Positions 1-10,128 of a stretch of 64,000 nt of DNA are shown piece by piece. A program made the translations under genes and the position numbers. The notes beneath the pieces were generated by a model that made no database searches, had not been told where the DNA came from, and was given only the letters and a program-made list of their open reading frames with translations. How positions within the stretch are numbered: position 1 is the first letter of the stretch; every line of letters starts with the position of its first letter. Source of the stretch: an uncultured Acidobacteriota bacterium (GTDB lineage: Bacteria; Acidobacteriota; Thermoanaerobaculia; Multivoradales; SZUA-115); assembly GCA_963805975.1 (NCBI GenBank), contig CAWDVR010000005.1:654156-718155 (forward strand), given 5' to 3'.

Positions 1-1329
1 GGCCTCACCGTCGCCCACCAGGATCTTTACCAGCTCCATGCGAAGGCGCCGGATGTCGAGCGCGCAGTTATGGCCAATGCATACCTGCGCGTGGTCTTCC
101 GGGTCGGAGACGAGGACGCCCGAGCGCTGGAGAAGGGCCTCTCGTTTTTCGAGGCGAGCGACCTCACGACGCTCTCGACCGGCGAGACGATCGTTCGCGT
201 CGGCCGCAGCGACCACGACTTCAGGATGGAAACCGAAGCCCTGCCTCCGAGGGCTGGCGAATCGAGCCGGGAGGCAATCCTCGGTCTTCTGCGAAAGCGA
301 TATCCGGCCCATGAGGAGGAGGCGGTACCTGTGCCGGTGGAGGCGCCGCGGCCGGCTCCCGTATTCACACCGGAGCCGACACCGAAGGCGGCTGTGCCAC
401 CGCCCGAGCCGACCATCGACAAATTGACACTCGACTATCTCTCCCTCACGGCCTCCGCTCCCTTCCTCACCGTGAGGGAGCGGAATGAGGCGCTCTCCCT
501 GAGCGCGTGGCGCGGGAACGCCGTGAAGGACGAGATTCTCCAGCGGGGGCTCGCCCGCGAAGTCGCCATAAACCCCGGCGGGCGGGGTGAGCGGTTCAAG
601 CTCCTTGAGCTGACGGCTGAGGGTCGGACACTCCTCTCGCGCTTCTCTGTGGCCCTTCCAGCCGGCTACGGGCGCGGCGGCATAGCCCACCAATGGTGGG
701 CCAACCGGATCGCCTCGTGGCTCGCTCTCCAGGGCATGGAGCCCATTGTCGAGGACGCCTCGTCAGGCGCGCGTGTGGATCTCGCCTTCCGTGCGGGCAC
801 GGAGCGCATCGCTCTTGAGATCGAGCTCTCCGACAGGCACGTTGTGGAGAATGTGCGCAAGGACACCGAGGCAGGGTTCGATCGGATCGTCATCCTCGCG
901 GGGGAGTTGGTCAACATCGGGAGCCTCAGCGCGAAGCTGGGGGAGTTGCCACCGCATGTCCAGATCGCGGAGCTTCAGTCCTTCGAGGCCCTCATCGCCC
1001 CTCTCCTCACTCCTCTTCCTCCCGTACGACGCCCGAACCAAAACCAAGAACCAAGACGCCGCAGGCGGCTGGGAACCGCGCAGACTCCTTCGCCGCGTCC
1101 CGTGCTCGATCCATTCGACTCCGGAGCGCTGGCCACGCCCTCAGCCGCCGCCTTCTTGGGGCTTTCGCCGGCGACCCTGGAGACGCTGCGCTGCCGCGGT
1201 GGCGGGCCGCCCTTCGTGAAGCTTGGGCGGCGGGTGGTGTACCGGCGTGAGGACTTGGAGGCGTGGATTACGAGCAGTCGGAGGGCGTCAACGAGCGCTG
1301 AGAGCGCCCCCAAAATCCGCCCAACGTGA
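1..1329 (+). CDS. 5'-truncated multidomain mobile-element protein: C-terminus of a VirD4/TraD/HerA-type ATPase, Pro-rich linker, PD-(D/E)xK-like domain, C-terminal AlpA/Xis-type HTH
   Basis: Frame is open from base 1 (GLTVAHQDLYQL...VMANAYLRVVFRVGDEDA, the AHQ..QL/VFRVG motif of coupling ATPases); VDLAF...IALEIELS; C-terminal AAAFLGLSPATLETLR..GGGPPFVKLGRRVVY..EDLEAW. Confidence 0.7.
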   Translation, partial: GLTVAHQDLYQLHAKAPDVERAVMANAYLRVVFRVGDEDARALEKGLSFFEASDLTTLSTGETIVRVGRSDHDFRMETEALPPRAGESSREAILGLLRKRYPAHEEEAVPVPVEAPRPAPVFTPEPTPKAAVPPPEPTIDKLTLDYLSLTASAPFLTVRERNEALSLSAWRGNAVKDEILQRGLAREVAINPGGRGERFKLLELTAEGRTLLSRFSVALPAGYGRGGIAHQWWANRIASWLALQGMEPIVEDASSGARVDLAFRAGTERIALEIELSDRHVVENVRKDTEAGFDRIVILAGELVNIGSLSAKLGELPPHVQIAELQSFEALIAPLLTPLPPVRRPNQNQEPRRRRRLGTAQTPSPRPVLDPFDSGALATPSAAAFLGLSPATLETLRCRGGGPPFVKLGRRVVYRREDLEAWITSSRRASTSAESAPKIRPT

Positions 1330-1394
1330 TTGCCATGTGATTGCCAGCGAGGCGGGAGAGGATTCGCTGGGTTCCGCTAAGTCCTTGAGAGTAT
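1..1394. mobile_element. End of an integrative element inserted at the tRNA-Ala 3' end
   Basis: Mobilisation/excisionase-type gene ends 65 bp from the tRNA CCA end; tandem GTGATTGCCA repeat at 1326-1346. Confidence 0.65.
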
Positions 1395-1470
<76 letters not shown>

Positions 1471-1487
1471 ACGCGTGGGAACGGCAG

Positions 1488-1517
1488 AATGTAGCGGCTC
1501 GGCTCGGCGAGTGTCAA
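1488..1517 (-). promoter_or_regulatory. Sigma-70 promoter of tRNA-Ala
   Basis: TTGACA-N18-TACATT on the minus strand just upstream of the tRNA. Confidence 0.6.
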
Positions 1518-1566
1518 GCTCGGCGTGAGCGAGACTTTGGAACTGTAGGCGTAGAATGTCGTAGCC

Positions 1567-2133
1567 ATGACCCCGGAAGCACAGGCCACCGCCGCGCCTC
1601 TCAAGAGCCTTAGCCGGCAGGCGAAGCTCGGTCTAGTCGCCGTGGCGATCACTGCGGCGGTCGCGCTGTTCTGGCCCCGCAGCGAGACCCGCGATGCGCC
1701 CGGCGGCTTCCTCTACGATCCGGACGGCCGCCCTGCGACCTTGGGCGAGCGGGTGGCCCCGGTAACGCTGCTGCACTTCTGGGCTACCTGGTGCGCTCCC
1801 TGTGTGACCGAGATCCCTTCTCTCAACCGCCTCGGAGCGGAGGTCGGCAACGACGACTTCGCGATCGTGATGGTGGCGGTCGACGACGAGCAGGAGAAGG
1901 TGGCGCCGTTCCTGGGGAAGAGGGCGGCGATGGCGCTCTACGATCCTTCGTGGGAAGTCGCCCACCGCTACGGCACCTACAAGCTGCCCGAGACCTATCT
2001 GGTGGTGGCCAACAAGGTGGTCGAACGGTTCGTCGGCGCTCAGGACTGGGACAGCCCCGAGCTGCGGCGGCGCCTGGCCGAGAAGGTGGCGGCGTACCAC
2101 CCGTCCGGCCTGACTTACGTCGCCGAGCGCTAG
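1567..2133 (+). CDS. TlpA/ResA-family thiol-disulfide oxidoreductase
   Basis: N-terminal membrane anchor, HFWATWCAPC, LPETY motif. Confidence 0.9.
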   Translation: MTPEAQATAAPLKSLSRQAKLGLVAVAITAAVALFWPRSETRDAPGGFLYDPDGRPATLGERVAPVTLLHFWATWCAPCVTEIPSLNRLGAEVGNDDFAIVMVAVDDEQEKVAPFLGKRAAMALYDPSWEVAHRYGTYKLPETYLVVANKVVERFVGAQDWDSPELRRRLAEKVAAYHPSGLTYVAER

Positions 2134-2152
2134 AACGACCAGAAACCGGAGG

Positions 2153-2704
2153 TTAGAAGTGGAAGGCTACGCCGGCCTGCCCGGTGACGAAGGTCTGAGC
2201 GTCGTCGAGGTTCGCCCAGTGCCCGGCGAGATCGATGATGAAGTTCAATCTCCGGGTCAGCTCGAACTCACCGGTCAGGCCCAGTACCAACCCGAAGGAG
2301 GTGTCGGTGCGGGTGTCGCCACCGGCGAGCGGGTTGCCCTCCAGGCGATAGCCCCCCAGGCCGAAGTAGACGCCGGACTCGTAGAAGGCGTGATCGTAGC
2401 GGTACTCGCCGGAGATGTTGACGTAGTCGAGCCCGGCCTCGGTGAGCTCCTCGAAGATCTCGTCGTCATCGAGGTCGAGGTGACCGACCCGCAGGGCGAG
2501 GTGGGTCTTGGGCTCGGTGACCAGAGCGGCGGTCAACTGGTAGGCCGTGTTGGACAGCGAGTCCCCGGGATTGGCGTCGAGCGAGCCACCGAGACCACCC
2601 AGGGCGCCCACCGTGAAGGTGTAACGATCCTGGGCCGCGGCCGGCGAGGCGGCCAGGCTCAGGACGAAGAGAAGGCACGAGCAGGGTAGCAGTCTCAGCT
2701 TCAA
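2153..2704 (-). CDS. Small outer-membrane beta-barrel protein
   Basis: TTG start at 2704 after GGAGG; signal peptide (AAA-Q); amphipathic strands; ends GVAFHF. Confidence 0.75.
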   Translation of the reverse strand: MKLRLLPCSCLLFVLSLAASPAAAQDRYTFTVGALGGLGGSLDANPGDSLSNTAYQLTAALVTEPKTHLALRVGHLDLDDDEIFEELTEAGLDYVNISGEYRYDHAFYESGVYFGLGGYRLEGNPLAGGDTRTDTSFGLVLGLTGEFELTRRLNFIIDLAGHWANLDDAQTFVTGQAGVAFHF

Positions 2705-2831
2705 GGCTTTTTCCTCCGGCGTACTTTTTTGCTCCGGCGTAAGTATAGCGCTCGGCAATCCGTCTCTTGGTTCGACGCCGGGTCCCTCCGTCCGGAGCCC
2801 GGGCGCACTCCGCGTATACGGTCCAGGCCCC

Positions 2832-3680
2832 ATGCCCGTCACAACCTCCTGGCTCGCCAACCTCCTCGACTGGCTCCTGCCTCATCGCTGCCTCGGCTGT
2901 GGCAAGGCCATCCGGGGGAGAGCCGCGCCCTTGAGTCTCTGCGCCGGTTGTCGTGATCGGCTGCGGCCGGTGGGAGCCGGCTGCGCGCTTTGCGGGCGGC
3001 CGCTGGCCGGCGCCCGCCTGCCCGCGGGCTATCGCTGTGGCCGCTGCCGCGCTCAGCCGCCGCTGCTGTCCCGGCTGCTCGCAGCCTTCTCCTACGAGCC
3101 ACCTCTCGACACCGTGATCCTGGCGCTCAAATTCTCTCGTCTCGAATACCTCGGCAGGCACCTGGCCGTGGCGGCCTGGCAACGGCTGGGGTCCGACCTC
3201 CTGGTTCCCGACGCCGTGGTGCCCGTGCCTCTGCACTGGAGGCGGCGCTGGGTGCGAGGTTTCAACCAGGCAGAGCTGATCGCGAACCCACTCGCCGAGC
3301 TGCTCGCCGTGCCTTGTCGCCGGGAGCTGTGCCGCCGCCGCGCCACGGCGCCGCAGGCGGGGCTCCCCCGGGCGGAGCGCCTGCTGAACCCCCGCCGCGC
3401 CTTCCGCGTGCGCCGGCCGGCCGACGTCGCCGGCAAGCGCCTGCTGCTGATCGACGACGTGGTCACCACCGGAGCGACGCTCGAAGCTGCGGCGCGGGAG
3501 CTTCTCGCCGCCGGCGCCACCCGCGTCGAGGCGCTGGTGATGGCGCGCACTCCGGAGCCGGCGCGCCGGGACAGGCCCGTCCTCGACCGGCTACACTGTT
3601 CTCCCCAGATCTCCTCGGCTTCGAGCCCGATCACTGGCATGGCTCTTGAAGACCTAAAGCGCCGACATGAATGCGTTTGA
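2832..3680 (+). CDS. comF: ComF family (double zinc ribbon + phosphoribosyltransferase)
   Basis: CxxC repeats, VPVPLH..R...RGFNQAELIA, LLIDDVVTTGATL. Confidence 0.9.
   Translation: MPVTTSWLANLLDWLLPHRCLGCGKAIRGRAAPLSLCAGCRDRLRPVGAGCALCGRPLAGARLPAGYRCGRCRAQPPLLSRLLAAFSYEPPLDTVILALKFSRLEYLGRHLAVAAWQRLGSDLLVPDAVVPVPLHWRRRWVRGFNQAELIANPLAELLAVPCRRELCRRRATAPQAGLPRAERLLNPRRAFRVRRPADVAGKRLLLIDDVVTTGATLEAAARELLAAGATRVEALVMARTPEPARRDRPVLDRLHCSPQISSASSPITGMALEDLKRRHECV
3635..3650 (+). promoter_or_regulatory. Candidate sigma-54 promoter (variant -12)
   Basis: TGGCATGGCTCTTGAA = GG-N10-GA, upstream of the 3667 gene. Confidence 0.45.
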
Positions 3681-5691
3681 CAGCCCAGGGACGCAGGACT
3701 ACACTGACTCCCTGAATTACTGTCGATCTCCCAAACCTCCCATGATGGTGGCCAAGACAGACACGGGCGGAACGTCGATCAGCCGTGCCTCGCGGCGTGG
3801 TCGGCGCTTGGCGAGCGGGCTGCTCGCGGCCGGCCTGTGGCTCTCCGCGAGCGCTGGCGCCGAGGAGCCTCAGGGCTTTCTCGCCGGCATGGTCCGGGGC
3901 ACCGAGGCCACACCCATCGTCTCGGCACAGGTCTACGCCTACAGCATGGCCGACTTCGAGCTGCGCAAGGTTCTCACCGACCTCGCCGGCCGCTTCCAGT
4001 TCGCCGGCCTGCCGGCGGGTCTCTACAACATCGTCGCCTACAAGCCGGGCTTCGTGCCGGCGGTGGTGGCGCTGATCCGGCCGGAAGCCGAGCGTGACCA
4101 GACGTTGGACGTCCACCTGCTGCCGGAGGACCCTTCGCAGCCCCACGCCGCGGAGGACTACTGGGAAGCCAGGAGCAGGGTACCGGCAGACGTGCTGCGC
4201 GACATCGAGACGCAGGCCTTCGACACCACTCCCGCCGGCAGTTCTCTGGCCGAATCTTTGAGCCGCTTCTCGACCGGCCTCGAAGCCAGCACCGGCGTCG
4301 ACGACATCGTCGCTCTGGGCGAGGCCCAATTGACCGGCGGGCGCTTGAGCTTCGAGGGCCAGCTCGAGCGGGTCGACATCGGCGTGCAAGGCGATTTCTG
4401 GCGTCTCCAACCGACGACCTCGATGGGCGCTCAGCAGGCGGCGGTCGAAGGCAGCGCCAACCAGGTGTCGGTCGACTTGAAGAGCCAGAGCGAGTCGCAC
4501 TTCAGCCTGACCACGGCGAGCAACCGCCTGGTCACCCGGCAGGGCGGCATCGAGCGGCCGGTGGACTTCGACCGCGTTCGCCTCGACTACTCCCAGGCCT
4601 GGGGCGAGAGCGGTGGCGAGTCCGCCTTCTCCGCGCAGGTGATCGACGAGGCCAATTTCTACAGCGGCGGCGCCCTGGAGCCGGCCGACATCCCGCGGGC
4701 CTCGCGGACCTGGGAAGTGGAAGGGAGCTACAGCCGGGAGATCTCGGACCGCACCATGGTGGCGACCGGCGTGCGCTACCGCGAGCGCCAGGCGGAGATG
4801 CTGCTGGGCCCGGCGCTGTCCCCGGTGCTGCCCGGTCCGGTCGACCGCATGGACATCTTCGGCGAAGGCGGCTACCGGGTGCGGCCGGCGATGCTCATCG
4901 AGTACGGCGTGTACACGGTGCTGCGCGACGGCAACCTGGCGCTGGCCCCGCAGGGCGGCCTGGTGTTGCAGATCAACCCGCACTGGCAGGTGGCGGGCAG
5001 GGCGAGCAGCCGCTTCTCGGACGAGGACTCCTTCGAGGGCCTGGCGAGCGACTTCCTGCCGACCCTGTATCGCAGCACGCAGTCGGCCTGTGACCAGGGT
5101 GACGAACGTTGCTACCAGGTCCAGCTCACTCGCAAGGAGGGCGACGAGACGTTGTCCCTGGGGGCCGTGCACCGCGAGCTGGGAGAGACCCTCAGGCTCT
5201 ACTTCAGTGACGACTTCTTCGACCGCCAGGAAAGCGTGTACCTGGTCCCCGGCGACCGGCTCCCGGAGCTGCAGTTGGCCGTTACTCACCGCCTGTCGCC
5301 CAATATCCTGACGCGGCTCGAGTCGACCTATGCCGACGGCGGCGGCGGAACCTTCTACGCCTCGAACCGCGACGCGTACGAGAACGAGGTCCGCTACCTG
5401 ATCACCTCGGTGGACGCCCAGTTCCGTTCGACCTCGACGGGCGTCTTCCTGGCCTTCCACCAGCTCGAGCAGAGCCTGCTGCCGCAGATGGCGGGCGCGC
5501 CGGCCATGGAGCCTCTGCTTTCCGAGCGCCTCCAGCTCAAGGTCAGCCAGGATCTGAACGTGCTCCTCGATCTGCCGGCGGACTGGGCTCTCCAGCTCAA
5601 TATGGAGCTCTCCCGCGGCAGTCTCTCCGACGACGAGGACAAGGACGCCCTCCGGCGCCGGATCCTCGGCGGCATCGCCGTCAAGTTCTAG
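3667..5691 (+). CDS. Outer-membrane protein: carboxypeptidase-regulatory-like N-domain plus predicted beta-barrel (start codon uncertain)
   Basis: Signal-like segment, TDLAGRFQFAGLPAGLY motif, strand-rich C-half, terminal GGIAVKF. Confidence 0.7.
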   Translation: MNAFDSPGTQDYTDSLNYCRSPKPPMMVAKTDTGGTSISRASRRGRRLASGLLAAGLWLSASAGAEEPQGFLAGMVRGTEATPIVSAQVYAYSMADFELRKVLTDLAGRFQFAGLPAGLYNIVAYKPGFVPAVVALIRPEAERDQTLDVHLLPEDPSQPHAAEDYWEARSRVPADVLRDIETQAFDTTPAGSSLAESLSRFSTGLEASTGVDDIVALGEAQLTGGRLSFEGQLERVDIGVQGDFWRLQPTTSMGAQQAAVEGSANQVSVDLKSQSESHFSLTTASNRLVTRQGGIERPVDFDRVRLDYSQAWGESGGESAFSAQVIDEANFYSGGALEPADIPRASRTWEVEGSYSREISDRTMVATGVRYRERQAEMLLGPALSPVLPGPVDRMDIFGEGGYRVRPAMLIEYGVYTVLRDGNLALAPQGGLVLQINPHWQVAGRASSRFSDEDSFEGLASDFLPTLYRSTQSACDQGDERCYQVQLTRKEGDETLSLGAVHRELGETLRLYFSDDFFDRQESVYLVPGDRLPELQLAVTHRLSPNILTRLESTYADGGGGTFYASNRDAYENEVRYLITSVDAQFRSTSTGVFLAFHQLEQSLLPQMAGAPAMEPLLSERLQLKVSQDLNVLLDLPADWALQLNMELSRGSLSDDEDKDALRRRILGGIAVKF

Positions 5692-5799
5692 CCCCATTCC
5701 TTTGAATCCAAAAATCCGGTCCGACTCCGGGCGTTTGGATCAAGTCGGCTAAATTCTCTATCCAAAGGCCTGAGCAGGCCATCCAAAGCATTGTACTGG

Positions 5800-5815
5800 T
5801 GGCACGAACTGTGCT
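5800..5815 (+). promoter_or_regulatory. Sigma-54 promoter of the kinase/regulator operon
   Basis: TGGCACGAACTGTGCT = GG-N10-GC with a perfect -24 box, 34 bp before the ATG. Confidence 0.7.
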
Positions 5816-5849
5816 GAGCTAGGAGCCGGTCAAGGAACCCGCTAGCTCG

Positions 5850-8656
5850 ATGAACCTCTCGCCCTGGAAGCGACTCACCTACCTCGCGCTCTCCCTGGCG
5901 CTGACGGCGGCCGTGGTCGGCCTGGGAGCGGGCAGCGTTCTGCGCAAGGTCGCAAGCTTCCAGGCGCTGGGGTTCTCTGCCACTCCCTCGGGTGCGGGCT
6001 TCCGGGTGGCGGCGGCGCCGGACCCGGGCTCCGGCCTCCTCGAAGGCGACGTCGTCCTCTTGATCAACGGCCAGCCGGCGCCCTCCGTGGCGGCAGCACG
6101 GGCGGCGCTCGTCGAGCGGCCCGCGAGCCAGCTCACGGTCGTGCGAGCGGACGCCTTGGTCGAGGTCCGCTACCTGCGGCCCGGCCTGAAGCTCGACTAC
6201 CGCTTCCTGGTGCTGGCGGCGAGCGGCATGCTCTACCTCGCGATCGGCCTCTTCACCGCGGTCAAGAGCCGGCAGCGCGGTGGGTTCCTGTTCCTGCTCT
6301 GGTGCCTGGCCTCGGCCGCGCTCTTCCTCTTCACCACGACTCGGGTCCGGCCCGACCTGCTGGAAAAGGTGCTCCTCCTGGGTGAGGACCTGGCACGGGC
6401 CCTCCTGCCGCCGCTGATGCTCCACCTGTTCCTGGTCTTTCCCAACGCCTCGGGCCTCCAGCGCCTGCGGCGTTTCGTGGCTTTTGCTTACCTGCCGGCG
6501 GCCCTGCTGCTGGTGCTCGAGGCCGACCTCGTCCTCTTCGGCGGCGGGTACTTCTTCGGCGGTCCGATCGAGGCGGCGCAGGAGACTTTGGACCGGATCG
6601 GCCTCTATCTCCTGGGGATCTACTCGCTCGGCGCCCTGGCGGTGCTCGGCTACCGGCTGCGCCTGGCGACCGACCTCGAGGAGCGGCGCCAGCTCCGCTG
6701 GATGATGACCGGCGTCGGCACCGGCTACCTGCCGTTCCTGGTGCTGTACCTGCTGCCCCAGGCGCTCGCGCTTCCCTTGCCGGAGCTGGTCACCACCGTC
6801 GCCGTGCTGCCGCTGTTCCTCGTGCCCCTGACCTTCGCGTACGCCATCCTGCGCTACAAGCTGTGGGACATCGAGGTCATCGTGCGCGACGCCGTGGCCT
6901 CGACGCTGACCGTGCTGCTGGGCGTGCTGGGCTTCGGGCTCATCAACCTGTTCATCAGCCGCGGCGTGCCCGAGCGCTTGGCCGAGACCCGCACCTTCCT
7001 GTCGTTCGTCGCCGGGCTCGCCATCGCCGGTGTGATGGTGCCGGCGCGCCGCACCCTGGGCGCCTCGCTCGCCCGGGTGCAGTACGGCGGCAGCTTCGGC
7101 AAGCGCCGGGCCCTGGCCGAGCTGGGCAAAGAGCTGCTGCACGAGCGCGACCTCGACTCGCTCTGCGCGAGCCTGCTCGATCACCTGGCGTCGAGCCTCC
7201 AGCTCGACCGCGTCAATCTCTACCTGGGCCAGGGCACGGCGCTGGTGGCCGTGCGGCCGGACGGCCGGCTGCCGGCCCAGGTGCCGTTCGACCTGCTGTC
7301 GGACGACGCCTGGAACGGCGACGTGGCGGCGATCTCCGGCCTCGAGCCGTTGGCCGACCGCCCGTCCCCGATGCTGCAGCTCTTCCGCGCCGGCTACCGC
7401 TACGCCCTCCCGCTCACCGTGCGCGGCAGCCGCGTCGGCCTGCTGCTCGCGGGCTACCGCCTGGACCAGATGCCGCTGTCGAGCGAGGACGTCGAGCTCG
7501 CGCGGGCGGTGCTCAACCAGGCCGCGCTGGCGATCGAGAACGCCCAGCTCCTCGATCAGCTCCACCAGAAGCTCGAAGAGATGGTGAGCCTGAAGCGTTA
7601 CAGCGAAGGGATCATCGAGTCCTCGCCGGCCGGGCTCGCCGTGCTGGCCAAGGACGGGCAGGTGCTCTCCGCCAACCTCGCCTTCGCCGCGCTCGTCGGC
7701 AGCGAGCGGCGCTCGGTGGTGGGTGCCGCGCTCGCGAGCCTGCTGCCGGTGGCGCTGCCGGAGCCCGGCCACGGGCTGGTCGAGGCGAGCTTCACGGACG
7801 CCGGCGGCCAGCCCCGCCACTTGCAGCTCTCGGTGGCCGGCCTGGGTCTGAAGGAGGCCGAGCAGCGGGTGCTGATCGTTCAGGACACCACCGAGCGCGT
7901 GGCCCTCCAGCACGAGCTCAAGGAGAAGGAGCGGCTGGCCTCGCTCGGCATGCTCGCGGCCGGCGTCGCCCACGAGGTCAATACGCCGATCACCGGCATC
8001 TCGAGCTACGCCCAGATGCTGCTCGAAGAGACACCGGAGACCGACCCTCGCCACGGCGTGCTCAAGAAGATGGAGCGCCAGACGTTCCGCGCCGCCCGCA
8101 TCGTCTCGAGCCTGCTCGAGTTCGCCCGCAACCGGGCGAGCGAGCAGCGGCCGACGGCGCTCGGCAAGGTGGTGGCCGAAGCCGTGGACGAGCAGCGCGA
8201 GCGCCTGGCCGAGCGCGGCATCACTCTCGACTTCCGACCGCCTCGCGAGGAGCTGCGGGTGGTGGCCAACGACACCGAGCTGGCCCAGGTGTTCGTCAAC
8301 CTGCTCACCAACGCCATGGACGCCATGCGCGGGGGCGGCACGCTCACCGTGGCCGTCGAGGCGGACGGGCGGCGCGCCCGCGTGCTGGTGGGGGACACCG
8401 GCGTCGGGATCCCCGCCGAGCAGATGGAGAAGATCTTCCAGCCCTTCTTCTCGACCAAGCTCTCCGAGGGCGGCACCGGCCTGGGGCTGTCGATCAGCTA
8501 CGAGATCGTGCGCCGCCACGGCGGCGAGATGCGCGTCTCCTCGGCACCGGGCGAGGGCAGCCGCTTCGTTGTCGACCTGCCGCGGTTCGAGCAGGTGCGC
8601 GACAGCGCAGCGGCCGATTCGCCTGCCGCCGGGATCCCTGTCCCCGAGGTCGGGGG

Positions 8657-8660
<4 letters not shown>
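5850..8660 (+). CDS. Membrane sensor histidine kinase (PDZ, multi-TM, GAF, PAS, HisKA/HATPase)
   Basis: GDVVLLING (PDZ), many TM segments, AHEVNTP, NAMDAM, DTGVGI, FFSTK, GTGLGL. Confidence 0.92.
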
Positions 8661-10033
<1,373 letters not shown>

Positions 10034-10128
10034 GCCCCGACCGCGCTCGGCAGCGATCGCCTCCCACCCTCGATAGAATCGCCTCCTCGAGGCGAGCTCG
10101 GACGGGCCGGCAACGGCAAAGGAAGCGC

